Assembly: GCA_030390025.1 (NCBI GenBank)
Contig: CM059431.1
Location: forward strand, 127,412,001-127,476,000
Reading direction: 5' to 3'
DNA: 64,000 nucleotides
From: Squalus acanthias
Taxonomy: Eukaryota
Positions within the stretch are counted from its first letter, which is position 1. The number at the start of each line of letters is the position of its first letter. Below, in pieces: positions 1 to 13,170 of the stretch. The translations under genes and the position numbers were made by a program. The notes beneath the pieces are model-generated. The model saw nothing but the letters and a program-made list of their open reading frames with translations. It made no database searches and had not been told where the DNA came from.

Positions 1-749
1 AGGAGTTGGCAGAGTTCTGTAACCACCTCCTTGGTGAAGCAAAGCCTCTTAATCCACTGCTCATCGCTTAATTGAAGGTAGGAGAACTGATGTTGGAAGA
101 ACCTAGGAGGTTAAGGTCTCCTGTTGAGAGCCCTGATGGCTCTCCTCCTCCCTCTGCGCATATGTTCCTTTCTTTCTCGCTGCCTCCGCTCCCTCCACCG
201 TTGATGCTGGAGGCGAGTTCAACTGCCAGTACAGCCCCCATGACTTTTAGCAAGTGTTGTAGTTTGAAGCATCTCAAAAATAATAAGGGAGATTTTTTAC
301 TTGCCAGAACACTCCCTAATACCAAATGACCTTGAAATACCTAAAAAAAAAATCTTGCAGTAGCAGGAAGTAGCACACAACCACTCAAACTTCACAAACC
401 TGTAAGGTGTGAGCTATTGGTAATGATCCCTTTAAATAGCGTCATTGCAGCCAGCTTCCTGCTGCTGCACGCCATGTCAACCTGTCAATGCTTTCTCCAG
501 CCGGTAACTTCAATGTCCAAAATGAAGTTGGGAGACCAGGCATCAAGTGAGCATTGCACACTCACTGACGACATGAACTCCGTGATTGCGATGTCCCCGG
601 TGATCGAGTTTAGCGGCACCACCACCAGCAAGACAGATATGGCATGCGGCGCTGGAACCGCCATCAGCTGGTAGTGGAGTGCTGAAAGGCGTTTTAGCGC
701 CATCTGGTGGCACTAACGTGTGGCGGTAAACACATGAATTTCTCCCCCC
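1..749 (-). mobile_element. PIF/Harbinger transposon, transposase-side end, truncated by window edge
   Basis: Minus strand: MGAVL start near 241 and, after frameshift, SDEQWIKRLCFTKEVVTELCQL, matching the N-terminus of the 21618 transposase (SEELCLRRLRFSKEVVTELCHL); terminal GGGGGGAGAAATTC TIR ending ~749. Confidence 0.8.
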
Positions 750-1226
750 TTGACTTTACATGTACCCGTGGAAGAAATGTGTGAATGGATATTTTAAGGA
801 TGATATCACAGGCATGATTTTAAAATATGTCTACTCTGCTCTGGCAAACAATTGTTGGAGATATTTTGGCTCTTGTGGTATATAATTCTTGGGAAATCTT
901 CAGTAAGTAGGATGTTCCATTCAGATGGCTGGTATAAAGGTTTTGTCAAATATGCAAATACACACACTAAACCTCTTCAAATAAAGCTTATTAAAAAGGT
1001 GGGTACACCTGTAAAGTACAGATTTTTGGGTTTTCCTTAATGCATATCAACTTGTCTACAAAGTAAGGCTGAACATGTGTATTTTTTCAGATTTTGACTT
1101 CAGAGAACATAAACTTGGATATTCGAGAAACCGAAACCAAATATTGATCCTAACAGAGGCCTGTGAACCTGCCAGGAAATAGCTGTATTCTCATGACTGA
1201 ACTTTCAAAGAATAAGGACATACGTG

Positions 1227-1433
1227 AGGTAGATTTTTATCTTTGGCACCTGGATGCAATGCAGAAAAGAGAATTAAATGGGGAGGATCACATGACCTAA
1301 CTGATCCTATCCAGTGTTCCTTCTATTAATTTAAATGCAAAATCAGGCAGACTCTGCTAGGGGCCTAATCTTTCTCTCTGTGTTGTGCCCAGACAATGCT
1401 TTATATCCAGACACTAAAGATGAAAATCTACTC
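1227..1433. mobile_element. Short MITE-like element with imperfect TIRs
   Basis: GTAGATTTTTATCTTTGGCACCTGG left; CCAGACACTAAAGATGAAAATCTAC right; similar ends at 18013-18146. Confidence 0.55.
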
Positions 1434-4330
1434 GGTGCCTACCAATATATTAAAAGGGAATATAGATATTATCTGCCAGAGAGCCAAACTAAATGGACAC
1501 ATACTTAACCTTCAGAGTGTCAGGCAGTGGCATTGCTGACAGGAACATTAAGTATCAGAATTACTTTTTTTATGAAACTAAAGTGACATTGATTGATGAG
1601 CCCACAGCTACAGATTATAGCTATTAGGACAGCTATGAAAATGTACTGAAATATAGAAAATGGAACAGCTTTTGAGCGGATAATCATAGCATAACTGTAA
1701 TCTTACAAAAGAATCATGATAGCTATCTGCCATGTTTTTAAAAGGATGAGTGTTTTTGAATCTGAAATAATTCAAATCTAACTAAGTTCAGTGAATAAAC
1801 ATTCTACTTTATCTTTTTGATTTGTCTCAGTCTCCCACTATACAGTGCAGGAAGGTAAAATTCAACTTCAGCAGTGAAGTTTGTAGGTTTTAGAATATAT
1901 TAACATAAAATGGCTAACATACCTTGACATAAAATGGCTGATATAACATGCATTATGAGAAAGGGAAAACTAGGTTAGGTTAGAAATACAGGCAAGAACT
2001 TCATTGCAGATAAGTCACCAAGGCAACACTGATAAAGCATTCCTCTCAGCCAGCTAACTGAAATTTTAAATGCTATAAGGGAAGAAGAACAGGACTTTGT
2101 CGATCATTAACTATTAATATAAACTGAAGCAAGAGTGAGTAATAGCATAGATTAGATTATAATGTGGGATGTTTATAACTATGATTGTGATACTGTAAGA
2201 AATAACAATTAACAGTAGGCAAGTTAGTCTAATGATAATAAGAACATTACTGAAGGAAAGCAACTAAATGCTGCCATACACCAAGGAATGTGTCCTTGTA
2301 AATCACAGATTAGAATGACCCCAGCTGCTTTTTCCTAGCTTCCTACCAGAAGCAGGCTAGGAGACAAAGAAATGTCAGGTGACATAGATGAATCACTACA
2401 GGGTATAAGAATTGGAGCATCCTGGTGAAGGGAGTGCAGCTTGCACTTCTGACACTAGAGATCAATCTCAGGCATTTGAGGTTCCATCCAGCAAGCTGAC
2501 CTAATGTAAAATATTGTGGATGCGCGGGACCTGCATGTATACCATGATTGATATATCAATATAAGATAAGGCAGAAGCTAAGTCTTGTAGTTCTTGATAA
2601 AATATTAAATTTGCTGACACTAGACTCTCAGACCTATGAATTAATAAGGTTAGCCGGAGTTGCCAAATCTGACAAAGTTCAATGGTAAGGAAGATCAGAT
2701 GGGATATATAACGGGTGACTGATCTACTCTCACCCTTTTTGCATCCCATGGAAGTTGAACTTTACCTCCCAAGCCTTTTATTTTATTTAAAAAATCAATT
2801 CAAATAATCATAGAGGTAAGTTGAAATGTTGGAGGCAGCCCAAGCATTCCTTTGGCCTTGAAGAAAATACATAATAGATTCTAAATGATGGCCCAAATTG
2901 TCAAGGGCAGTTAGAATGTTTTCTTGTCTTGAAAAGTGACTGTACTGGCTGGAGAATTCTAAAATTCCCTTGGCTCAAGCTAATGGTTACTTTGCGAGCA
3001 CCTCTAATTACATGATATCAAAATTGAAGCTATGTACCCTGATCACAAACAGAATCTAAACCCACTGACTACACTCCCTCAGGACTAAGAATTCTCTAAC
3101 TCAAGCTAACAGTTGCTTGCAAGTGCCTTTTAGCTAGACAGAATCTAATTGAGGAGCTTAAATCCTGCAGCACTGATGGAATGTAGTCAGTGTCTGTACC
3201 ACTCGCTCCCACAGGAATAAAATATTGAACGTCAACTAATGGTTACTTCAAAAGAACGTCCAAGAGCAATTCAATTTAAGCTCTCTAACTTCAGTGTCCC
3301 AAACGTTTCCTATTGCTGATAATGTAATTTTCTAGTAAAGATGGGCTAACACAGTTTTCCAGTTTTCTCCCAATTCCAATCATAGTTGGTAGGGAACTAC
3401 AACTGAAGCTCAGGAAAGTGAATAGGGCAATTATGAGTTTGTGATCGTGCCAATGCAGCATATGACTGCAAATTTTTGATGAAGTGGTACCAAAACTGAT
3501 GAAAGTACTGATAGACAGGAGCTAACTTCATTTTTGCTATCACAATCTCCCAAGCCACTGCAGACACTATATCCTCATAAATGCTAAACTAGAAAGCTGG
3601 CAAAAGCTGACCGAAAGTTTCAAAAATGCTGACGCAGCCCCAACAAGCTGTCAGACGAAAAACAGCCCTAAATATAGGCATTATGATACATGAAGACAAG
3701 GAGCAAAACTGAAAGTTCAGTGGCGCATGGGTCTGTCATATCTTAAGCTGCAGATATGTCCAACATTCAATCATTTTTATTACAGGAGGAAAAGTTTAGT
3801 TTGCTGGATTGGAGGATTTAGAATTTAGTGAAGGGAGATGTGAGTGCTGAAGGCAGGAGATTATTTTCTAGGGAAACCTCAGGGCATCCCAGAAAATGTT
3901 AATTTTGACATTTTATTTTGTGCATTTTCTGACATTTTGGAGCATATATGTAATTCTGCCTTTTAAGGCAAAAATAATTTCTTTTGGAAGGTTTACAGGA
4001 ATTTTAAATTTGAGATAGAAAATTAAAGTAGTTGTAAAACCGTAGTTCAATACAGTTTTACAGGATCCAGTAAATTTGGCCTTAGACACATCCTTTTTGC
4101 TTTGTGAATTGAAAGCTCCGACAATGCAGGCCGACACAATGCGAAGCGGCATTGCATTGTTCATGTACTAAATGAAGGCTGCTCACGATTGCATCTTTCC
4201 TTGTCCCAGACCCCACAGCAGCCCAGAGACTGGCATGGGTTTAGGTGAATTGAGTATACTGATTTAACTATTTTTAAATAAACGGCTTTTATGTTTTTAG
4301 TAGCTTTTGCAGGGATAAGGCTGAGTCAAT

Positions 4331-5046
4331 GGGATAAAGTTTCCACTTTGGGTGCAATCGGTGATTCTGGTGCAAATTTTGAAAAGTGTTTTTTTTCCCC
4401 CGTGTTTCTGCTCAAACTCATATCAATATCGGCGAGCGCAAAATCTGCCATGAACCAGCGCATTTTAAAATGTATTTTTAAAAAAATTTGCTTTAAAAAA
4501 TATTCCTTGGTATATTTAAGAGTGGTAACTTGGTGCAGTTTGATTAATGCAGCTGACAATGGATTTGACGCAAAAAAAATAAACATTTTAAATCAGAGTG
4601 TCAATCCACCACCTCTGAATAACCTGATTTTAAATGACTGAAAATGACTTTTAAAAAATGTATAAAACTATTTTCTAGTTAGATTGGTGTAGTCAATTTC
4701 TTAGTACATTTTTAAAAATTACATTAAAAACCTTTTTAAAACGTACCTATTCGTGTCCTTGTGCCCAAAAGATCCAGCTTAATTTTTGGAGCCTGCTCGA
4801 AGGCCCGCAAACGAGCGCAATTAGCGTAAACTCCCAATGGTGATTAATTTACCCTGGGGGCCAGTTTTGTGGGCGGAGATTGCTTATAGTGCAAGGTTTT
4901 TTAAACTCACGTGAAAGATTGTGGAAATACAAGTTGCGCTGAACGCAATTTGCGCTTAAAATTCTGTGATCCTTCACATCGGTTACGGCGATATTGGGCG
5001 AATTGCGCTTAAAAAAACCAGTGCAATTGAGCAGAAACTCTAGTAT
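4331..5046. mobile_element. Non-autonomous Harbinger-like MITE, copy A
   Basis: Reverse-complement homology along its length to 6839-7562; ends GGGATAAAGTTTCC / GAAACTCTAG; GCGCAA-rich subtermini. Confidence 0.7.
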
Positions 5047-5112
5047 CGCCGAAGCAAACCCATAGAAGCAAGCAGGTCCTTAGCAGTTTACTTGTTATGC
5101 ATAACTTCTAAG

Positions 5113-5560
5113 GTGGCAGCCTTGGCTCTGGTAGCTCTTGCCTCTGAGCCAGAAGGTTGTGGATTCAAGTCCCACTCCACTGACTTTAGCACATAATCTA
5201 GGCTGACACCTCAGTGCAACACTGAGGGAGTGCTGCACTGTCAGAGGTACTGCCTTTTGGATAATATGTTAAACCGAGGCCCCATCTGCCCCCTCAGGTG
5301 GATGTAAAAGATCCCATCGCACTATTTGAAGAAGAGAAGAAGAGTTCTCCCTGGTGTCCTGTCCAATATTTATCCCTCAACGAACATCACTAAAGTAGAT
5401 TATCTGGTCATTTATCTCACTGCTGTTTGTGGGACCTTGCTTTATGCAAATTGGCTGCTACGTTTCCCAACATTACAACAGTGACTACACATCAAAAGTA
5501 ATTAATTTGTTGTAAAACATTCTGAGATCATGCAAGGTGCTATATAAATGTTCTTTCTTT
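5113..5560 (+). mobile_element. tRNA-derived DeuSINE (SacSINE1-like)
   Basis: Box-B-like GGATTCAAGTCCC; Deu-like core (AAACCGAGGCCCC...GATGTAAAAGATCCC...GGTGTCCTG); L2-type tail (AGGTGCTATATAAATG + TTTC repeats); homologous to 55993-57350. Confidence 0.8.
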
Positions 5561-6079
5561 TTTTCTTTCTTCAGGAAAAAAACACAAAATGAAAACACCT
5601 GGAATTGTAACTCTCAGAAACCATTAGCTCATCTGCCGCAATTCTTGTGCAACTAGCAGTGACAGAAATGAACTAACAATGGGAGAAAAGGTTCAAACAG
5701 TGTTAAGTCCCACCATCCAACCAAATCTGATTGGTTGATACTAACAGCCTCCAAAGCTAAAGAAAAAAATGAATTTTTCTTGTAAAACAGTGACAAGCTG
5801 ACACATGAGATAAAACACTGATGTCATCTTTAAAAAGTTACCATTGAAACGTACTTGTCCTGGAGTCCAATCCTCAGCGTCACAAAATTTCCACTTAAGA
5901 TCAAGAGCCATTTTTGAATGTTGCCATAGTTTTTGTACAATTTGCCAGATTTCGAAAGACTCACATGAATGGGATCATTCAGTTCTGATGCATTTTTGTT
6001 CATCAACGTGTTAACCCTGATCATTCTGAGCTACTATTCCGTTGCTTTTTTTTCCCCTGGACAGTCAGACTCTGAACTA

Positions 6080-6570
6080 ACATTTTCCATCTTTCCATAT
6101 TACTTTCCCCAACATAACATCAGCAAAACTGAAACCACCCTTCCAGAAACTCTGTAACTTGACCCCCAATTTTGTCCCCCTCTCTAGATGCTCACTCAGA
6201 CTGAATTCGATGAAGCACAACCTAGTTGTTCTATTTGATTCTAATTGAGTTGAGCTTCAAACCCCATATCCTATTCATCACCAAGAATAGCTATTTCCAA
6301 CTGCACAATATCATTCAGCACTGCCCTACCTCTCCCTCATTACTTCTTATCCATGTCTTCATCACCTCGAGGCTTGATATCGCCAAAGCTCTTCTGGTTA
6401 GCCTCACAAACTCCACCCGACTTAAACTTTAATACATCTAAAGGATCTGCCACCCACATCCTATTCCACTCTCAGTGCAGCTACTCTGTTATCGCTGTAC
6501 ATGCTCAACTCTGTTGGCTCCCCATCCTCCAATTCACTGAATTGAAAATCATCATCCTTGCCTACAAGTT
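6080..6570 (+). mobile_element. Degraded LINE-2-like RT fragment
   Basis: Translation ITKNSYFQLHNI...LIHVFITSRLD resembles the L2 ORF2 C-terminal motif; many disablements. Confidence 0.55.
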
Positions 6571-6838
6571 TCTCAATGTCAACTCAAACTTTGTATTTAA
6601 ACTTTTGGATTGCTATTTTTGTAATATGTTTTGAGTAATAGGGCCAATTTAATATCTTTAATTATCCGTATCTCTGAGAACACGTAAAAGCAAGACAGCA
6701 GAATAAGGATTAATCTAAAGGAGGGAAATGCTGGAAGGATTGACCACCATTTGAGTAAGGAGAGGTGGTGTGGATGAAAAATCCTTAATATAGAATGATA
6801 TATACACAGAAACTGTTGCAATACAAACTATTGCAGAG

Positions 6839-7562
6839 GGCCTTGAGTTCCCGTGATATTGCGTTGGTTTCTTCGGCGCAATTCGCTCGAAATCGGCATA
6901 ACCAGCGCAAAAGATTGCGGCATTTTATACGCAAATTGCATTCAGCGCAACTTGAGTTCCCTCAATCTTTTGTGCTAGTTTAAAAAACATTGCGCTAGAA
7001 GCACCCGCCCACACAACTGGCCACGCCTTCAGGTTGAATTAATCACCATTGTGAGTTTCCGCTAATTGCGCTCGTTTGCAGAACTTCGAGGAGGCTCTAA
7101 AAATTAAGCTGGTTCTTTCGGATGCAAGGATACGAATAGGTACATTTTAAAACCTTTTTGAATTTAATTGAAATTGATTGCTGTGCACCAATCTAACTTG
7201 AAAATAGTTTTGTATATTTTTTTAAAGTCATTTTCAGTCATTTAAAATCGTGTTACTCACAGGTGGTGGTTGACGCTGTGATTTAAATGCTCATTTTTTG
7301 TGTTAAACCCATATTAATCACACTTTACCAAGTTACCACTCTTAACTATATCAAGGAATATTTTTTTAAGTAAAATTAAAAATAAATACGTTTTAAAGCA
7401 TTACCCAATTGCACTGGTTCATGGCAGATTTTGCATTTGGCGATAAGCAAATGAGTTTGAGCGGAAAATAGAGGGGGAAAAAAACACTTTTCAAATCGGG
7501 CACAATTGGCGAAACAGGGGCAAATTGCGCCCAAAATTGTGCCCAAAACGGAAACCCTACCC
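6839..7562. mobile_element. Non-autonomous Harbinger-like MITE, copy B (inverted relative to 4331-5046)
   Basis: Ends GGCCTTGAGTTCCCG / CGGAAACCCTACCC; homology to copy A. Confidence 0.7.
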
Positions 7563-8219
7563 TGAGATGTTTAGCAAGGAAGGGTACAAGTTAGGTTAAT
7601 GTTACTTAAATATCTTGAATGTGATTCTCACTGTAAAAATGCATCCTCAAGCCTGAAGAAACAATCTGTTTATTTCATGATTGTAGGTAAGACCTGGCTC
7701 TACGTCTCTCTCTGAAAGGTATAATTTGAATCAATTTTATTCAAAACTTTGTATTTTGTATTTCTATAATGTAAGAGTCATGGAAGGAATTGCACATTAG
7801 GTTATTTAATACCTATAGCTTTTGGTTTCTTTTTCGAACAATCTTTCCAATAATTGTAACGTAATCGCCTTAGTGCAATCTCTTTGGTGACAGGCAAAAC
7901 TTACCTTTAAGCACACTGTATCCTGTATCTAATCGAGGTGAAGGGAGAGAGTCCGTTGAGGGAGGAAAGGTAATGAATGTAGAACCACGCCATATAATGT
8001 GTCAGGTTTGTAGTAGAATATCAAAATGGCTGATTTTCCAAATCCAAGTGGTCAGCATAGAGTCTCCCCCATCGGCAGAAATTCTGGGGCACACTGCTTA
8101 TTAATAGCCAGAGAAGTTGGAGCAGCACACACCTCAATTTACGATGTGTGCTGTCAGCTGAAGAAGCTCCATGCCAGCAGTGTGGATTCATAAAAGTGCC
8201 TGATCCCCCAATTACACAT

Positions 8220-8550
8220 GGCCTTGCCTGTCCTGACCTCCTCTAGCTCCACATGCCAACAAGTGCCCTCTGCTTCTCTAACTCTGGCTCCTTCATTCCT
8301 CTATCAATGGCAGGGCCTTCAGCCACCTTGGCCCCACACTCCAGAAGTCTCTCCCTAAACCCATCCACTCTGTTACTTCTCTCCCCTCCTATGAAAGTCT
8401 GCTCAAAACTTATCTTCAAACATGTCTTTAGTCACTTCCCCATACTCTTGTCCAACTACAGTTCAGCGTACTGTCTTGGTGAAGTCTCTTGAAGCATTTT
8501 GCGACATTAAAAATGTTTTTTTTAATGCTAATTGCTATTGTTGTTGCTTT
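8220..8550 (+). mobile_element. LINE-2-like 3' end fragment
   Basis: CCTTCAGCCACCTTGGCCCC...CCCTAAACC motif then L2-type tail ending in TTG repeats. Confidence 0.5.
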
Positions 8551-8955
8551 GTGTTGATAAGCTGCATGAATTTAGCTGGTTTAACTCCAGCAGTATTGAT
8601 GCATGAGTTTGAGGAATCCCTAAACCTTGGTTGTTGCCAGTTGCACCTCAGCTCTCTGGACTTATGATTGAGGGGCTGTTTCCATGGGGAGAGAATCCAC
8701 TCCATAGAAACTCTGGCCTGGATTTTAATGTGAAGGAGCGCGTGGGTTTGGGAGCGGGTGGGGGGTTCAAACCGGCGAAATTGACAGTGCGTCGGGAATC
8801 TGGCTCCAACTCGCCAACCTCCGGGTTTCTTTGCAGCATGTTAGGCTGCGTGTGAGCAACCCCCTTGGGAGAGGTGATTTGACCATTAACATATGTTAAT
8901 CGCTCAATTAGAGCGACATTGACATGGGTTTTTCTGTTTAACTTTGGGTCCACAG

Positions 8956-9126
8956 CAATGTTCCCGTTAAGCTGTGCAGCCACTCGGCCACACTGCGCTC
9001 TGGAGGTCCCGCGCAGACCACGCACCCGCTTTTATATGAGAAAAAACGCATTTGCATGAACATTTAAATCGGCCACGCATCCCGTTAAAGGGCCCACACA
9101 CCGAATAAAAATTAGAGGAAACATTG
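8956..9126. mobile_element. hAT-like MITE nested in the Harbinger
   Basis: TIRs CAATGTTCCCGTTAA / CAATGTTTCCTCTAA (rc); 8-bp TSD GTCCACAG (8948-8955) / GTCCACGG (9127-9134). Confidence 0.8.
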
Positions 9127-9413
9127 GTCCACGGGTTTCCAGGGCTTTCTGGAACTCACCAGTGAATGCAAAGTGAGAACACAGTGGCAATTGAGTAGGC
9201 TGAAGAAATGACAGAGAAATATGTCAATGAGTACTCACTACTCACCAGTGCTTTCTTACTTGCCTGTGGGAAATGTTTTTTTTCACAGTACTTGTGCTGA
9301 GAGATTACTTTACACACTTTGGAGGTTTCTTCAACACTTTGAAGGTGTTATCTATACTGTGGAGTTTTGGAGGTCTGATCTGCACTTTGGAGCTCTGATC
9401 TATCAGATCAGCA

Positions 9414-10566
9414 TGGATGCCACTTATCCTGCCTTAGATTGGACCTCAGATCGGGACCAAGATGACTAGCAACAGCACCAGCAACAGCAACAGCAGCAGC
9501 TGCCTCTTGCTCACAGACCTGTAGCTCCACAGGAGAGAGGGGAGCAGCAGAGAGGTGCAGCTCGCAGGAGGCTATACTCGGCACACAGGGTCATCAGGCA
9601 GAGGATAAGCTTCCTTGACATGGCTGAACACTAGTGTCTCAGGAGGCACAGGTGGTGCCAGATATTTGCAGCCTGCTGGAACAAGACCTACTGCCAGATG
9701 GACTTGGTGGCCAGGCTTTACCAGTGGCTGTAAAATTCACCACCGCCCTCAACTTCTTTGCCTCTGGATCCTTCCAGGGCTCTGCTGACATTTGCAGGAT
9801 CTCCCAGTCGGCTGCACACAAATGCATAAGGCAGGTGATTGATTGCTTGTTTGCAAGTGCCATCAACTATGTGAACTTCGCCTGCCATGATGCCAGTCAG
9901 AATGAGTGGGCACTCGGATTTGCGGCTCTGGCTGGCTTCCCACAGGTTCAGGCATCATCGACTGCACACATGTGGCAATTAAGGCACCCATAGATCATCT
10001 AGGAGTGTTCGTCAATCGCAAGGGCTTCCTCTCCATCAATATGCTTGCGGTGTGCAGGTGTGCGCAAGATTCCTAGGCAACTGCCATGATACTTTAGTCC
10101 TTTGGCAGTCCACCCTCCCTGATCTCTTCGCACCTCGAAGCAGGGATACTCACTTAAAACATGGCTGATGACGCCTCTCAGAAACCCGAGGAATGAGGCC
10201 CAGAAACGCTACAATGAATGACTTTTGACCACCAGATGTGTGATCAGAAAAACCATCGTCATGATGAGGATGCCTTTCAGGTGCCTGGACAGATCTGGAG
10301 GTGCCCTACAGTACCTACCAGCCAGGGTCTCCAGAATGGTCATGGTGTGCTGCGCTCTGCACAACGTTGCCCAGCAGCGAGGTTTGGACCTGCAGGAGGA
10401 CCAAGGTGCAGAGCACAGAGCGTCTTCGTAGGATTCTGAGGAGGAGGAAGACGAGGAGGAGGAGGATGACGAGGAGGCAAAAGGTGATGAGTGCACTGCA
10501 CCACCAGCGGTGCACATTGCTGCCCGGGATGCCTGAAATGCCCTCATTATCGTGAGGTTCAATTAG
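9414..10566 (+). pseudogene. Harbinger DDE transposase pseudogene
   Basis: Fragments ALPVAVKFTTALNFFASGSFQ, AGFPQVQ, FRCLDRSGGALQY, VCCALHNVA and an acidic tail, in different frames with stops and deletions. Confidence 0.88.
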
Positions 10567-10859
10567 GTTCCACCAGTGCACCCATCTCACAACCTCATAC
10601 AAAAGTCACTTTTGCCTCCGCCCCCCCCAATGCCACTAACGCAAAGCAGTTCTGCAAACAACCAAGCATCCCTTTTACAACCCCTCATTGATTGCCGTCA
10701 ATTCAGATCTTCCCAATCATCATCAAACAACTGAAAAGGCCACTTGCTAACCAGCAATCCAGGGTGAGCAACACGGGAAAGTGGAACAAAACAATAATAT
10801 TCATGAGCATCAAATGAAGAAATTACACTGTACAAAATGTGTAACACACCCATGTGCAA

Positions 10860-12673
10860 CTACAAATATTTACTCTTTCTTTTCCTATTGCTTCTACATG
10901 GTGCAACCCCTGTGGCTTCAGCAGAGATAGAGGCAGGCTGCTCAGATCCCTGCTCTGACTGTTGAGCTGCTCTGGGCCAACGTCCTCTGGGTTTTGGAGC
11001 CCCTGAGGGCCCCACCAAAGGCTGCTCCACCTGCACCTGTGCAAGGGCAGACTCGGCCATAGGGACACAAGGCTGCATGTCAGGTACTGATTGAAGGGCG
11101 GTACAATGGGTGAGAAGTGGAAGCGCTTTGAGCCGGGTACCCACTTCCATGTTCCCTTTCACCATCATCTCTCTCATGGCCCAGCCTCACTTCCCTGCTA
11201 CCGCTGTGCTGCAGAACACTTTGCTGCAAATCAGTGTGATGCTGAAAGGCCAAGGTGAGGGAATCATTCATCCTATTTACGGTGACATCCAGAGTGGCAA
11301 GCCCTTGTTGAAGGCCTGCACGGTCTCGTGTGACTGCCGCGTTTGATGCTCCATGCAGTTGGCTCTCTATCCATGGAAGAAGACATCATTGCAATGGCCT
11401 GTGACAGCATCCCACTCATGCTTGAGGCGGACTTCTCCAATCTCTCTGCAATCGGGGACAGTGTGCTTGGAATGCCTGTCAGTACATCGCACAATCTCTG
11501 CTGCTGCTCAATGATTATCCTCTTCATCAACAACCCCCAGGATACAGCCTCTCCCCGTCCAGCTGAGCAGAGCTTGGAGCATCCTACACCCTCCGACTGC
11601 TGTCCTTGACTCCACCATCTACTCTTGCTCACTTGTGAAGTGCGAGTCACCAGGTGAAAACCCAACTCTCTCTGTAACTGGTCCCACTGAAGTACGAGTA
11701 TCTGAGCTGGTGCATGGTCTGCATGAGTCCTGTGACAGTACATCCTCAGAGAGATTGAGCTGCTCTGAGGAGGTGGTGGCAGCAGCGGTGACCTCAACCA
11801 ACTCTTGCTGGACACATGAAAGCCCTGTGGAAGATAAACAACATAAACTGTCAAGGTAAGAATGATTGAAGTTATCATTATGAACATGCTCATATTTCAC
11901 TGGTTGCTGACATCAAGTCAACATGACTGAATGTTGTATGCCTTGTGGCTGTCTGCTATTTGATTCTGTCACCAGGTAGCTCGGGTGCCCTCATCTCCCC
12001 CTCTCCAATGGCTAGGCTCACCGAGACTCCGCTGATCTACAGTGCCTCCTCCTCTGCAGCTGTTAGTTGCGAGATGGCTGGAGGGCCGACTACGGTGCTC
12101 TGCCTCTTCCTGGTGTTCTAAGCTCTCTTCTTCTGCAAGGAGGGAAAGAAAAGACCTATTAGTGAGAGTAATGGCAAGTGTTCACCCGATGGATGGAGAG
12201 CATTTGTTGAGGCTGACGATGAGGGAGAGGCATGACATTGCATAAGGATGAGTGTGAGAGTCAGTGGTGGGTGGATAGATGGGGATGTGACAAAGTGCAT
12301 AGACAGAGAGGGATGGGTGCACCTGCAAGGTAAGTTGGTGTGAGGAGTGATGTGCTGGAATTGGCTTCAGAAGGCAGAGAGGGTTGGGGTGATATACACA
12401 TCAGGATGTAGGTGAATGTGCCACTGCTCTCATCTTTCCTGCCCTGGTTAGGTCATTAAACCACTTCTTGCATTGGATCCAGGAGCGTGGCACTACGCTC
12501 CTGCTGCTGACCTCTTGTGCCACCTTCAACCACGCTTTCTTGATTTCCCCAGCAGGCTTCTTCCTCCCGTTGCTAAGGAAGAGTATCTCGGTCCAGGTTC
12601 TCACAGCCCCCAGCAGCACATCCAGGGAGGCGTCCATGAAGCGAGGCACAGCCTTTGACCAGCTACCTTCCAT
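10860..12673 (-). pseudogene. Harbinger Myb/SANT DNA-binding gene remnant (spliced)
   Basis: Exon 1 PRFMDASLDVLL...AWLKVAQEVSS...PRSWIQCKKWFNDL; basic C-terminus RSNRKRKSK; disablements. Confidence 0.85.
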
Positions 12674-13011
12674 TGCAACACTTTCTTCTCCCTTCTTCCC
12701 ACTTCCAACTGCTTCAACTTGCATGTTTGGAGTATCCCTTTAAATACTGGAGTTGAGATCGCGTCATGCGTGTTGTCACCATGCCCGCTGACGCTAATTA
12801 GACGGGAAACCCGGAAATCAAATTAAATGAAGTGGCTGCGTTAAAAAGCCATTGACAGATGCACTTAACATATTTCCAGGTTTCCCACGCACTATCGAGC
12901 CCCCCCGCTTCCAGCGTGTCTGCACATTAAAATCCAGCCCTCTGTCTGTGTGGATTTGGAGACTCTTGAGCACGATGATGAGTTTTGACATGAGTCAGGC
13001 TGTTTGTCAGG

Positions 13012-13170
13012 CACATTGCTGTTTGTGGGAGCTTGCTGTGTGCAAATTGGCTGCCGCGTTTCCTACCTTACAACAGTGACTACACTTCGAAAAGTACTTC
13101 ATTGGCTGTAAAGCGCTTTGGGACATCATGGTCATGAAAGGCGCTATAGAACTGCAAGTGTTTCTTTCTT
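13012..13170 (+). mobile_element. DeuSINE 3' fragment
   Basis: Matches the 3' third of 5113-5560 (GCTGTTTGTGGGA...CAACAGTGACTACAC...GGCGCTATA). Confidence 0.75.

Larger units (their letters stand above)
8715..12940 (+). mobile_element. Full-length decayed PIF/Harbinger transposon (second family)
   Basis: TIRs GGCCTGGATTTTAATGTG / GGGCTGGATTTTAATGTG (rc); TCT duplicated at 8712-8714 and 12941-12943; convergent transposase and Myb remnants. Confidence 0.92.

Noticed and set aside
5830..8100. Possible host exons on minus strand (5830-6024; donor-like site near 7906)
   Set aside because: No recognisable protein similarity and no convincing acceptor/donor pair; needs RNA-seq
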